A stretch of DNA of 64,000 bases. It comes from Eledone cirrhosa. Taxonomy: Eukaryota. The translations under genes were made by a program, and so were the position numbers. Under the pieces are notes generated by a model. That model was not told the origin of the DNA. It made no database searches and saw nothing but the letters and a program-made list of their open reading frames with translations. Location of the stretch: NCBI GenBank assembly GCA_964016885.1, contig OZ024741.1, positions 401,078,001 through 401,142,000 on the forward strand, read 5' to 3'. The first letter of the stretch is position 1. Every line of letters begins with the position of its first letter. Shown one piece after another: positions 41,621-56,900 of the stretch.

Positions 41621-44339
41621 TATAATAATATGACGCTACCCAAACAGTGAGTGTGTTTTACTATTTTTGGCAATATTATAACAATATGACCCTCCCCAAA
41701 CAGTGAGTTTGTTCTACTAGTTTTCGCAATATTATAACAATATGACTCTCCCCAAACAGTGAGTGTGTTTTACTATTTTTGGTTATATTATAACAATATG
41801 ACTCTCCCCAAACAGTGAGTGTGTTTTACTATTTTTGGCAATATTATAACAGTATGACACTCCCCAAACAGTGAATGTGTTTAACTATTTTTTGCAATAT
41901 AATAACACTATCACCCTCCCCAAACAGTGAGTGTGTTTTACTATTTTTGGCAATATTATAACAATATGACCCTACCCAAACAGTGAGTGTGTTTTACTAT
42001 TTTTGGCAATGTTATAACCATATGACCCTCCCCAAACAGTGAGTGTGTTTTAGTATTTTTGGCAATATTATAACAATATAACCTTCCCCAAACAGTGAGT
42101 GTGTTTTACTATTTTTGGCAATATTATAACAATATGACCCTCCCCAAACAGTGAGTGTGTTTTACTATTTTTGGCAATATTATAACAATATGACCCTCCC
42201 CAAACAGTGAGTGTGTTTTATTATTTTTGGTAATATTATAACAATATGACCCTCCCCAAACGGTGAGCGTGTTTTACTATTTTTGGCAATATTAGGACAA
42301 TATGACCCTACACAAACAGTGAGTGTTTTTTACTATTTTTGGCAATATTATAACAATATGACTCTCTGCAACCAGTGAGTTTTTTTTTACTATTCTTGGC
42401 AATATTATGGCAAAAAGATGACCCTCCCCAAACAGTGAGTGTGTTTTACTATTTTTGGCAATGTTATAACAATATGACCCCCCCAATCAGTGAGTGTGTT
42501 TAACTATTTTTGGCAATATAATAACAATATGACCCTCCACAAACAGTGAGTGTGTTTTAGTATTTTTGCCAATATTATAATAATATGACGCTTCCCAAAC
42601 AGTGAGTGTGTTTTACTATTTTTGGCAATATTATAAGAATATGACCCTCCCCAAACAGTGAGTTTGTTTTACTATTTTTGGCAATATTATAACAATATGG
42701 CCCTCCCCAAACAGTGAGTGTGTTTTACTATTTTTGGCAATATTAAAACAATATGAGCCTACCCAAACAGTGAGTGTGTTTTACTATTTTTGGTAATATT
42801 ATAACAATATGTCCCTACACAAACAGTGAGTGTGTTTTACTATTTGTGGCAATATTATAACAATATGACCCTCCCCAAACAGTCAGTGTGTTTTACTATT
42901 TTTGGCAATATTATAACAATATGACCCTCCCCAGACAGTGAGTGTGTTTTAGTATTTTTGTCAATATTATAACAATATAACCCTCCCCAAACAGTGAGTG
43001 TGTTTTACTATTTTTGGCAATATTATAACAATAGGACCCTCCCCAAACAGCGAGTGTGTTTTACTATTTTTGGCAATATTATCACAATATGACCCTCCCG
43101 AAACAGTGAGTGTGCTTTACTATTTTTGGCAATATTATAACAATATGACTCTCCTTAAACAGTGAGTGTGTTTTACTATTTTTGGCAATATTAGGGCAAC
43201 ATGACCCTCTCCAAACAGTGAGTGTCTTTTAATATTTTTGGCAATATTATAACAATATGACCCTCCCCAAACGGTGAGCGTGTTTTACTATTTTTGGCAA
43301 TATTATGACAATATGACCCTACACAAACAGTGAGTGTTTTTTACTATTTTTGGCAATATTATAACAATATGACCCTCCCCAATCAGTGAGTGTGTTTAAC
43401 TATTTTTTGCAATATAATAACAATATGACCCTCCACAAACAGTGAGTGTGTTTTAGTATTTTTGGCAATATTATGACAATATGACGCTACCCAAACAGTG
43501 AGTGTGTTTTACTAGTTTCCGCAATATTATAACAATATGACTCTCCCCAAACAGTGAGTGTGTTTTACTATTTTTGGTTATGTTATAACAATATGACTCT
43601 CCCCAAACAGTGAGTGTGTTTTACTATTTTTGGCAATATTATAACAGTATGACACTCCCCAAATAGTGAGTGTGTTTAACTATTTTTTGCAATATAATAA
43701 CACTATGACCCTCCCCAAACAGTGAGTGTGTTTTACTATTTTTGGCAATATTATAACAATATGACCCTACGCAAACAGTGAGTGTGTTTTACTATTTTTG
43801 GCAATATTATAACCATATGACCCTACACAGACAGTGAGTGTGTTTTACTATTTTTGGCAATATTATAACCATATGACCCTCCCCAAACAGTGAGTTTGTT
43901 TTACTATTTTTGGCAATATTATAACAATATGACCCTCCCCAAACAGTGAGTGTGTTTTAGTATTTTTGGCAATATTATAATAATATGACGCTACCCAAAC
44001 AGTGAGTGTGTTTTACTATTTTTGGCAATATTATAACAATATGACCCTCCCCAAACAGTGAGTTTGTTTTACTAGTATTCGCAATATTATAACAATATGA
44101 CTCACCCCAAACAGTGAGTGTGTTTTACTATTTTTGGTTATATTATAACAATATGACTCTCCCCAAACAGTGAGTGTGTTTTACTATTTTTGGCAATATT
44201 ATAACAGTATGACACTCACCAAACAGTGAATGTGTTTAACTATTTTTTGCAATATAATAACACTATGACCCTCCCCAAACAGTGAGTGTGTTTTACTATT
44301 TTTGGCAATATTATAACAATATGACCCTACCCAAACAGT

Positions 44340-47200
44340 GAGTGTGTTTTACTATTTTTGGCAATGTTATAACCATATGACCCTCCCCAAACAGTGAGTG
44401 TGTTTTAGTATTTTTGGCAATATTATAACAATATAACCCTCCCCAAACAGTGAGTGTGTTTTACTATTTTTGGCAATATTATAACAATATGACCCTCCCC
44501 AAACAGTGAGTGTGTTTTACTATTTTTGGCAATATTATAACAATATGACCCTCCCCAAACAGTGAGTGTGTTTTATTATTTTTGGCAATATTATAACAAT
44601 ATGACTCTCCCCAAACGGTGAGCGTGTTTTACTATTTTTGGCAATATTATGACAATATGACCCTACACAAACAGTGAGTGTTTTTTACTATTTTTGGCAA
44701 TATTATAACAATATGACTCTCCTCAACCAGTGAGTTTTTTTTTAATATTCTTGGCAATATTAGGGCAAAATGACCCTCCCCAAACAGTGAGTGTGTTTTA
44801 CTATTTTTGTCAATATTATAACAATATGACCCTACGCAAACAGTGAGTGTGTTTTACTATTTTTGGCAATATTATAACCATATGACCCTACACAAACAGT
44901 GAGTGTGTTTTACTATTTTTGGTTATATTATAACAATATGACTCTCCCCAAACAGTGAGTGTGTTTTACTATTTTTGGAAATATTATAACAGTATGACAC
45001 TCACCAAACAGTGAATGTGTTTAACTATTTTTTGCAATATAATAACACTATGACCCTCCCCAAACAGTGAGTGTGTTTTACTATTTTTGGCAATATTATA
45101 ACAATATGACCCTACCCAAACAGTGAGTGTGTTTTACTATTTTTGGCAATGTTATAACCATATGACCCTCCCCAAACAGTGAGTGTGTTTTAGTATTTTT
45201 GGCAATATTATAACAATATAACCCTCCCCAAACAGTGAGTGTGTTTTACTATTTTTGGCAATATTATAACAATATGACCCTCCCCAAACAGTGAGTGTGT
45301 TTTACTATTTTTGGCAATATTATAACAATATGACCCTCCCCAAACAGTGAGTGTGTTTTACTATTTTTGGCAATATTATAACAATATGACCCTCCCCAAA
45401 CAGTTAGTTTGTTTTACTAGTTTTCGCAATATTATAACAATATGACTCTCCCCAAACAGTGAGTGTGTTTTACTATTTTTGGTTATGTTATAACAATATG
45501 ACTCTCCCCAAACAGTGAGTGTGTTTTACTATTTTTGGCAATATTATAACAATATGACTCTCCGCAACCAGTGAGTTTTTTTTTAATATTCTTGGCAATA
45601 TTAGGGCAACATGACCCTCCCCAAACAGTGAGTGTGTTTTACTATTTTTGGCAATGTTATAACAATATGACCCCCCCAATCAGTGAGTGTGTTTTACTAT
45701 TTTTTGCAATATAATAACAATATGACCCTCCACAAACAGTGAGTTTGTTTTACTATTTTTGGCAATATTATAACAATATGACCCGCCCCAAACAGTGAGT
45801 GTGTTTTACTATTTTTGGCAATGTTATAACCATATGACCCTCCCCAAACAGTGAGTGTGTTTTAGTATTTTTGGCAATATTATAACAATATAACCCTCCC
45901 CAAACAGTGAGTGTGTTTTACTATTTTTGGCAATATTATAACAATATGACCCTCCCCAAACAGTGAGTGTGTTTTACTATTTTTGGCAATATTATAACAA
46001 TATGACCCTCCCCAAACAGTGAGTGTGTTTTATTATTTTTGGCAATATTATAACAATATGACCCTCCCCAAACGGTGAGCGTGTTTTACTATTTTTGGCA
46101 ATATTATGACAATATGACCCTACACAAACAGTGAGTGTTTTTTACTATTTTTGGCAATATTATAACAATATGACTCTCCTCAACCAGTGAGTTTTTTTTT
46201 AATATTCTTGGCAATATTAGGGCAAAATGACCCTCCCCAAACAGTGAGTGTGTTTTACTATTTTTGTCAATATTATAACAATATGACCCTACGCAAACAG
46301 TGAGTGTGTTTTACTATTTTTGGCAATATTATAACCATATGACCCTACACAAACAGTGAGTGTGTTTTACTATTTTTGGTTATATTATAACAATATGACT
46401 CTCCCCAAACAGTGAGTGTGTTTTACTATTTTTGGCAATATTATAACAGTATGACACTCACCAAACAGTGAATGTGTTTAACTATTTTTTGCAATATAAT
46501 AACACTATGACCCTCCCCAAACAGTGAGTGTGTTTTACTATTTTTGGCAATATTATAACAATATGACCCTACCCAAACAGTGAGTGTGTTTTACTATTTT
46601 TGGCAATGTTATAACCATATGACCCTCCCCAAACAGTGAGTGTGTTTTAGTATTTTTGGCAATATTATAACAATATAACCCTCCCCAAACAGTGAGTGTG
46701 TTTTACTATTTTTGGCAATATTATAACAATATGACCCTCCCCAAACAGTGAGTGTGTTTTACTATTTTTGGCAATATTATAACAATATGACCCTCCCCAA
46801 ACAGTGAGTGTGTTTTACTATTTTTGGCAATATTATAACAATATGACCCTCCCCAAACAGTTAGTTTGTTTTACTAGTTTTCGCAATATTATAACAATAT
46901 GACTCTCCCCAAACAGTGAGTGTGTTTTACTATTTTTGGTTATGTTATAACAATATGACTCTCCCCAAACAGTGAGTGTGTTTTACTATTTTTGGCAATA
47001 TTATAACAATATGACTCTCCGCAACCAGTGAGTTTTTTTTTAATATTCTTGGCAATATTAGGGCAACATGACCCTCCCCAAACAGTGAGTGTGTTTTACT
47101 ATTTTTGGCAATGTTATAACAATATGACCCCCCCAATCAGTGAGTGTGTTTTACTATTTTTTGCAATATAATAACAATATGACCCTCCACAAACAGTGAG
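44340..47200 (+). repeat. 26-monomer tandem duplication (offset 1457 bp)
   Basis: CCTCAACCAG at 44721/46178 and CAGTTAGTTT at 45401/46858. Identical ORFs at 45488/46945. Confidence 0.92.
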
Positions 47201-50200
47201 TGTGTTTTAGTATTTTTGCCAATATTATAATAATATGACGCTACCCAAACAGTGAGTGTGTTTTACTATTTTTGGCAATATTGTAACAATATGACCCTCC
47301 CCAAACATTGAGTGTGTTTTACTATTTTTGGCAATATTATAACAATATAACCCTCCCCAAACAGTGAGTGTGTTTTATTATTTTTGGCAATATTATAACA
47401 ATATGACCCTCCCCAAACGGTGAGCGTGTTTTACTATTTTTGGCAATATTATGACAATATGACCCTACACAAACAGTGAGTGTTTTTTACTATTTTTGGC
47501 AATATTATAACAATATGACTCTCCGCAACCAGTGAGTTTTTTTATACTATTCTTGGCAATATTAGGGCAACATGACCCTCCCCAAACAGTGAGTGTGTTT
47601 TACTATTTTTGGCAATGTTATAACAATATGACCCCCCCAATCAGTGAGTGTGTTTAACTATTTTTTGCAATATTATAACAATATGACCCTCCCCAAACAG
47701 TCAGTGTGTTTTACTATTTTTGGCAATATTATAACAATATGACCCTCCCCAGACAGTGAGTGTGTTTTAGTATTTTTGTCAATATTATAACAATATAACC
47801 CTCCCCAAACAGTGAGTGTGTTTTACTATTTTTGACAATATTATAACAATAGGACCCTCCCCAAACAGTGAGTCTGTTTTACTATTTTTGGCAATATTAT
47901 AACAATATGACCCTCCCGAAACAGTGAGTGTGCTTTACTATTTTTAGCAATATTATAACAATATGACTCTCCTTAAACAGTGAGTGTGTTTTACTATTTT
48001 TGGCAATATTAGGGCAACATGACCCTCCCCAAACAGTGAGTGTCTTTTACTATTTTTGGCAATATTATAACAATATGACCCTCCCCAAACGGTGAGCGTG
48101 TTTTACTATTTTTGGCAATATTATGACAATATGACCCTACACATACAGTGAGTGTTTTTTACTATTTTTGGCAATATTATAACAATATGACCCTCCCCAA
48201 TCAGTGAGTGTGTTTAACTATTTTTTGCAATATAATAACAATATGACCCTCCACAAACAGTGAGTGTGTTTTAGTATTTTTGGCAATATTATAATAATAT
48301 GACGCTACCCAAACAGTGAGTGTGTTTTACTATTTTTGGCAATATTATAACAATATAACCCTCCCGAAACAGTGAGTTTGTTTTACTATTTTTCGAAATA
48401 TTATAACAATATGACTCTCCCCAAACAGTGAGTGTGTTTTACTATTTTTGGTTATATTATAACAATATGACTCTCCCCAAACAGTGAGTGTGTTTTACTA
48501 TTTTTGGCAATATTATAACAGTATGACACTCCCCAAACAGTGAGTGTGTTTAACTATTTTTTGCAATATAATAACACTATGACCCTCCCCAAACAGTGAG
48601 TGTGTTTTACTATTTTTGGCAATATTATAACAATATGACCCTACCCAAACAGTGAGTGTGTTTTACTATTTTTGGCAATATTATAACCATATGAGCCTCC
48701 CCAAACAGTGAGTGTGTTTTAGTATTTTTGGCAATATTATAACAATATAACCCTCCCCAGACAGTGAGTGTGTTTTACTATTTTTGGCAATATTATAACA
48801 ATATGACCCTCCCCAACCAGTGAGTGTGTTTTACTATTTTTGGCAATATTATAACAATATAACCCTCCCCAAACAGTGAGAGTGTTTTATTATTTTTGGC
48901 AATATTATAACAATATGACCCTCCCCAAACGGTGAGCGTGTTTTACTATTTTTGGCAATATTATGACAATATGACCCTACACAAACAGTGAGTGTTTTTT
49001 ACTATTTTTGGCAATATTATAACAATATGACTCTCCGCAACCAGTGGGTTTTTTTTTACTATTCTTGGCAATATTAGGGCAACATGACCCTCCCCAAACA
49101 GTGAGTGTGTTTTACTATTTTTGGCAATGTTATAACAATATGACCCTCCCCAAACAGTGAGTTTGTTTTACTATTTTTGGCAATATTATAACAGTATGAC
49201 ACTCCCCAAACAGTGAGTGTGTTTAACTATTTTTTGCAATATAATAACACTATGACCCTCCCCAAACAGTGAGTGTGTTTTACTATTTTTGGCAATATTA
49301 TAACAATATGACCCTACCCAAACAGTGAGTGTGTTTTACTATTTTTGGCAATATTATAACCATATGACCCTCCCCAAACAGTGAGTGTGTTTTAGTATTT
49401 TTGGCAATATTATAATATAACCCTCCCCAAACAGTGAGTGTGTTTTACTATTTTTGGCAATATTATAACAATATGACCCTCCCCAAACAGTGAGTGTGTT
49501 TTACTATTTTTGGCAATATTATAACAATATGACCCTCCCCAAACAGTGAGTGTGTTTTACTATTTTTGGCAATATTATAACAATATGACTCTCCTTAAAC
49601 AGTGAGTGTGTTTTACTATTTTTGGCAATATTATGACAATATGACCCTACACAAATAGTGAGTGTGTTTGACTATTTTTGGCAATATTATAACAATATGT
49701 CCCTCCCCTAACAGTGTGTGTGTTCTACTTGTTTTCGCAATATTATAATAATATGACTCTCCCCAAACAGTGAGTGTATTTTACTATTTTTGGCAATATT
49801 ATAACAATATGACCCTCCCCAAACACTGAGTTTTTTAAACTATTGTTCGCAATATAATAACAATATGACTCTCCCCAAACAGTGATTGTGATTTAGTATT
49901 TTTGGCAATATTATAACAATATGACCCTCCCCAGATAGTGAGTGTGTTTTACTATTTTTAGTAATATTATAATAAAATGACCTTACACAAACAGTGAGTG
50001 TGATTTACTATTTTTGGCAATATTATAAACATATGACCCTCCCCAAACAGAGAGTGTGTTTTAATATTTTTGGCAATATTATAACAATATGTCCCTACAC
50101 AAACAGTGAGTGTGTTTTACTATTTTTGGCAATATTATAACCATATGACCCTCCCCAAACAGTGAGTTTGTTTTACTATTTTTGGCAATATTATAACAAT

Positions 50201-50929
50201 CTGACCCTCCCCAAACAGTGAGTGTGTTTTACTATTTTTGGCAATATTATGACAATATGAGCCTACCCAAACAGTGAGTGTGTTTTATTATTTTTGGTAA
50301 TATTATAACAATATGTCCCTACACAAACAGTGAGTTTGTTTTACTATTTTTGGCAATATTATAACAATATGACCCTCCCCAAACAGTGAGTGTGTTTTAC
50401 TATTTTTACAATATTAAAACAATATGAGCCTACCCAAACAGTGAGTGTGTTTTACTATTTTTGGTAATATTATAACAATATGAGCCTACCCAAACAGTGA
50501 GTGTGTTTTACTATTTTTGGCAATATTATAACAATATGAGCCTACCCAAACAGTGAGTGTGTTTTACTATTTTTGGTAATATTGTAACAATATGTCCCTA
50601 CACAAACAGTGAGTGTGTTTTACTATTTGTGGCAATATTATAACAATATGACCCTCCCCAAACAGTGAGTGTGTTTTACTATTTTTGGCAATATTATAAC
50701 AATATGACCCTCCCCAGACAGTGAGTGTGTTTTAGTATTTTTGGCAATATTATAACAATATAACCCTCCCCAAACAGTGAGTGTGTTTTACTATTTTTGG
50801 TTATATTATAACAATATGACTCTCCACAAACAGTGAGTGTGTTTTACTATTTTTGGCAATATTATAACAGTATGACCCTCTCCAAACAGTGAGTGTGTTT
50901 AACTATTTTTTGCAATATAATAACAATAT

Positions 50930-53900
50930 GACCCTCCCCAAACAGTGAGTGTGTTTACTATTTTTGGCAATATTATAACAATATGACCCTACCCAAAAAG
51001 GGAGTGTGTTTTACTTGTTTTCGCAATATTATAATAATATGCCTCTCCCCAAACAGTGAGTGTGTTTTGCTATTTTTGGCAATATTATAACAATATGACC
51101 CTCCCCAAACAGTGAGTGTGTTTTACTATTTTTCGCAATATTATAACAATATGACTCTCCCCAAACAGTGAGTGTGTTTTAGTATTTTTGGCAATATTAT
51201 AACAACATGACCCTCCCCAAACAGTGAGTGTGTTTTACTATTTTTAGTAATATTATAATAAAATGACCTTACACAAACAGTGAGTGTGATTTACTATTTT
51301 TGGCAATATTATAAACATATGACCCTCCCCAAACAGAGAGTGTGTTTTAATATTTTTGGCAATATTATAACAATATGACCCTCCCAAAACAGTGAGTGTG
51401 TTTTACTATTTTTGGCAATATTATAACAATATGAGCCTAACCAAACAGTGAGTGTGTTTTACTATTGTTGGTAATATTATAACAATATGACCCTCCCAAA
51501 ACAGTGAGTGTGTTTTACTATTTTTGGCAATATTATAACAATATGACTCTCCTTAAACAGTGAGAGTGTTTTACTATTTTTGGCAATATTATGACAATAT
51601 GACCCTACCCAAACAGTGAGTGTGTTTGACTATTTTTGCAATATTATAACAATATGACCCTCCCCAAACAGTGTGTGTATTTTACTGTTTTCACAACATT
51701 ATAACAATATGACTCTCCCCAAACAGTGAGTGTGTTTTAGTATTTTTGGCAATATTATAACAATATGACCCTCCCAAAATAGTGAGTGTGTTTTACTATT
51801 TTTAGTAATATTATAATAAAATCACCTTACATAAACAGTGAGTGTGATTTACTATTTTTGGCAATATTATAAACATATGACCCTCCCCAAACAGTGATTT
51901 TGTTTTACTATTTTTGGCAATATTATAACAATATGACCCTCCCCAAACAGTGAGTGTGTTTTACTATTTTTGGCAATATTATAACAATATGAGCCTACCC
52001 AAACAGTGAGTGTGTTTTCCTATTTTTGGTAATATTATAACAATATGTCCCTACACAAACAGTGAGTGTATTTTACTATTTGTGGCAATATTATAACCAT
52101 ATGACCCTCCCCAAACAGTGAGTTTGTTTTACTATTTTTGGCAATATTATAACAATATGACCCTCCCCAAACAGTGATGGTGTTTTACTATTTTTGGCAA
52201 TATTATAACAATATGAGCCTACCCAAACAGTGAGTGACTTTTACTATTTTTGCTAATATTATAACAATATGTCCCTCCTCAAACAGTGAGTGTGTTTTAC
52301 TATTTTTGGCAATATTATAACAATATGACCCTCCCCAGACAGTGAGTGTGTTTTAGTATTTTTGGCAATATTATAACAATATAACCCTCCCCAAACAGTG
52401 AGTGTGTTTTACTATTTTTGGCAATATTATAACAATAGGACCCTCCCCAAACAGTGAGTCTGTTTTACTATTTTTGGCAATATTATAACAATATGACACT
52501 CCCGAAAGAGTGAGTGTGCTTTACTATTTTGGGCAATATTATAACAATATGACTCTCCTTAAACAGTGAGTGTGTTTTACTATTTTTTGCAATATTAGGG
52601 CAACATGACCCTCCCCAAACAGTGAGTGTCTTTTACTATTTTTGGCAATATTATAACAATATGACCCTCCCCAATCAGTGAGTGTGTTTAACTATTTATT
52701 GCAATATAATAACAATATGACCCTCCACAAACAGTGAGTGTGTTTTAGTATTTTTGGCAATATTATAACAATGTGACCCTCCCCAATCAGTGAGTGTGTT
52801 TAACTATTTATTGCAATATAACAACAATATGACCCTCCACAAACAGTGAGTGTGTTTTAGTATTTTTGGCAATATTATAATAATATGACGCTACCCAAAC
52901 AGTGAGTGTGTTTTACTATTTTTGGCAATATTATAACAATATGACCCTCCCCAAACAGTGAGTTTGTTTTACTATTTTTGGCAATATTATAACAGTATGT
53001 CCCTCCCCAAACAGTGAGTGTGTTTAACTATTTTTTGCAATATAATAACAATAAGACCCTCCCCAAACAGTGAGTGTGTTTTACTATTTTTGGCAATATT
53101 ATAACAATATGACCCTCCCCAAACGGTGAGTGTGTTTTACTATTTTTGGTTATATTATAACAATATGACTCTCCCCAAACAGTGAGTGTGTTTTACTATT
53201 TTTGGCAATATTATAACAGTATGACCCTCCCCAAACAGTGTGTGTGTTTAACTATTTTTTGCAATATAATAACAATAAGACCCTCCCCAAACAGTGAGTG
53301 TGTTTTACTATTTTTGGCAATATTATAACAATATGACCCTACCCAAACAGTGAGTGTGTTTTACTATTTTTGGCAATATAATAACAATATGACCCTCCCC
53401 AAACAGTGAGTGTGTTTTATTATTTTTTGCAATATTATAACAATATGACCCTCCCCAGACAGTGAGTGTGTTTTACTATTTTTGGCAATATTATAACAAT
53501 ATGACTCTCCTTAAACAGTGAGTGTGTTTTACTATTTTTGGCAATATTATGACAATATGACCCTACACAAACAGTGAGTGTTTTTTACTATTTTTGGTAA
53601 TATTATAACAATATGACCCTCCCAAAACTGAGTGTGTTTTACTATTTTTGGCAATATTATAACAATATGACTCTCCTTAAACAGTGAGTGTGTTTTACTA
53701 TTTTTGGCAATATTATGACAATATGACCCTACACAAACAGTGAGTGTGTTTGACTATTTTTGGCAATATTATAACAATATGATCCTCCCCAAACAGTGTG
53801 TGTGTTTTACTTGTTTTCGCAATATTATAATAATATGACTCTCCCCAAACAGTGAGTGTGTTTTACAATTTTTGGCGATATTATAACAATATGACCCTCC

Positions 53901-56900
53901 CCAAACAGTGAGTGTGTTTTACTATTTTGGGAAATATTATAACCATATCACCCTCCCCAAACAGTGAGTGTGTTTTACTTGTTTTCACAATATTATAACA
54001 ATATGACTCTCCCAAAACAGTGAGTGTGTTTTAGTATTTTTGGCAATATTATAAGAATATGACCCTCCCAAAATAGTGAGTGTGTTTTACTATTTTTAGT
54101 AATATTATAATAAAATCACCTTACATAAACAGTGAGTGTGATTTACTATTTTTGGCAATATTATAAACATATGACCCTCCCCAAACAGTGAGTTTGTTTT
54201 ACTATTTTTGGCAATATTATAACAATATGACGCTCCCCAAACAGTGAGTGTGTTTTACTATTTTTGGTAATATTATAACAATATGTCCCTACACAAACAG
54301 TGAGTGTGTTTTACTATTTGTTGCAATATTATAACCATATGACCCTCCCCAAACAGTGAGTTTGTTTTACTATTTTTGGCAATATTATAACAATATGACC
54401 CTCTCCAAAGAGTGAGTGTGTTTTACTATTTTTGGCAATATTATAACAATATGAGCCTACCCAAACAGTGAGTGTGTTTTACTACTTTTGCTAATATTAT
54501 AACAATATGTCCCTCCTCAAACAGTGAGTGTGTTTTACTATTTTTCGCAATATTATAACAATATGACCCTCCCCAGACTGTGAGTGTGTTTTAGTATTTT
54601 TGGCAATATTATAACAATATGACCCTCCCCAAACAGTGAGTGTGTTTTACTATTTGTGGCAATATTATAACAATATGACCCTCCCCAAACAGTCAGTGTG
54701 TTTTACTATTTTTGGCAATATTATAACAATATGACCCTCCCCAGACAGTGAGTGTGTTTTACTATTTTTGGCAATATTATAACAATATGACCCTCCCGAA
54801 ACAGTGAGTGTGCTTTACTATTTTTGGTTATATTATAACAATATGACTCTCCACAAACAGTGAGTGTGTTTTACTATTTTTGGCAATATTATAACAATAT
54901 GACCCTCCCCAAACAGTGAGTTTGTTTTACTATTTTTCGCAATATTATAACAATATGACTCTCCCCAAACAGTGAGTGTGTTTTACTATTTTTGGTTATA
55001 TTATAACAATATGACTCTCCACAAACAGTGAGTGCGTTTTACTATTTTTGGCAATAATATAACAGTATGACCCTCCCCAAACAGTGAGTGTGTTTTACTA
55101 TTTTTGGCAATATTATAACAATATGACCCTCCCCAAACAGTGAGTGTGTTTTACTATTTTTGGCAATATTATAACAATATGACCCTCCCCAAACAGTGAG
55201 TGTGTTTTACTATTTTTGGCAATATTATAACAATATGACCCTCCCCAAACAGTGCGTGTGTTTTACTATTTTTGGCAATATTATAACAATATGACCCTAC
55301 CCAAACAGTGAGTGTGTTTTAGTATTTTTGGCAATATTATAACAATGTGACCCTCCCCAATCAGTGAGTGTGTTTAACTATTTATTGCAATATAACAACA
55401 ATATGACCCTCCACAAACAGTGAGTGTGTTTTAGTATTTTTGGCAATATTATAATAATATGACGCTACCCAAACAGTGAGTGTGTTTTACTATTTTTGGC
55501 AATATTATAACAATATGACCCTCCCCAAACAGTGAGTGTGTTTACTATTTTTGGCAATATTATAACAATATGACCCTACCCAAAAAGGGAGTGTGTTTTA
55601 CTTGTTTTCGCAATATTATAATAATATGACTCTCCCCAAACAGTGAGTGTGTTTTACTATTTTTGGCAATATTATAACAATATGACCCTCCCCAAACAGT
55701 GAGTGTGTTTTAATATTTTTCGCAATATTATAACAATATGACTCTCCCCAAACAGTGAGTGTGTTTTAGTATTTTTGGCAATATTATAACAACATGACCC
55801 TCCCCAAACAGTGAGTGTGTTTTACTATTTTTAGTAATATTATAATAAAATGACGTTACACAAACAGTGAGTGTGATTTACTATTTTTGGCAATATTATA
55901 AACATATGACCCTCCCCAAACAGAGAGTGTGTTTTAATATTTTTGGCAACATTATAACAATATGTCCCTACACAAACAGTGAGTGTGTTTTACTATTTTT
56001 GGCAATATTAGGGCAACATGACCCTCCCCAAACAGTGATTGTGTTTTAGTATTTTTGGCAATATTATAACAATATTACCCTCCCCAAACAGTGAGTGTGT
56101 TTTACTATTTTTGGCAATATTATAACAATATGAGCCTACCCAAACAGTGAGTGTGTTTTACTATTGTTGGTAATATTATAACAATATGACCCTCCCAAAA
56201 CAGTGAGTGTGTTTTACTATTTTTGGCAATATTATAACAATATGACTCTCCTTAAACAGTGAGTGTGTTTTACTATTTTTGGCAATATTATGACAATATG
56301 ACCCTACCCAAACAGTGAGTGTGTTTGACTATTTTTGCAATATTATAACAATATGACCCTCCCCAAACAGTGTGTGTATTTTACTTGTTTTCACAATATT
56401 ATAACAATATGACTCTCCCCAAACAGTGAGTGTGTTTTAGTATTTTTGGCAATATTATAACAATATGACCCTCCCAAAATAGTGAGTGTGTTTTACTATT
56501 TTTAGTAATATTATAATAAAATCACCTTACATAAACAGTGAGTGTGATTTACTATTTTTGGCAATATTATAAACATATGACCCTTCCCAAACAGTGAGTT
56601 TGTTTTACTATTTTTGGCAATATTATAACAATATGACCCTCCCCAAACAGTGAGTGTGTTTTACTATTTTTGGCAATATTATAACAATATGAGCCTACCC
56701 AAACAGTGAGTGTGTTTTACTATTTTTGGTAATATTATAACAATATGTCCCTACACAAACAGTGAGTGTGTTTTACTATTTGTGGCAATATTATAACCAT
56801 ATGACCCTCCCCAAACAGTGAGTTTGTTTTACTATTTTTGGCAATATTATAACAATATGACCCTCCCCAAACAGTGAGTGTGTTTTACTATTTTTGGCAA

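Noticed and set aside
9144-47136. Repeated 63-64 aa minus-strand ORFs (MGGSYCYNIAK...) as a gene family
   Set aside because: They are translations of about 3.4 satellite monomers cycling through frames (56 is not divisible by 3) and start at TTG. They recur only because the cassette is duplicated, are lost in sister cassettes (about 13.7, 17.7, 26.3 kb), and show no recognisable domain.
55867-56049. 60-aa plus-strand ORF
   Set aside because: GTG start inside the repeat's GTGAGTG motif. It is satellite translation with no coding features.
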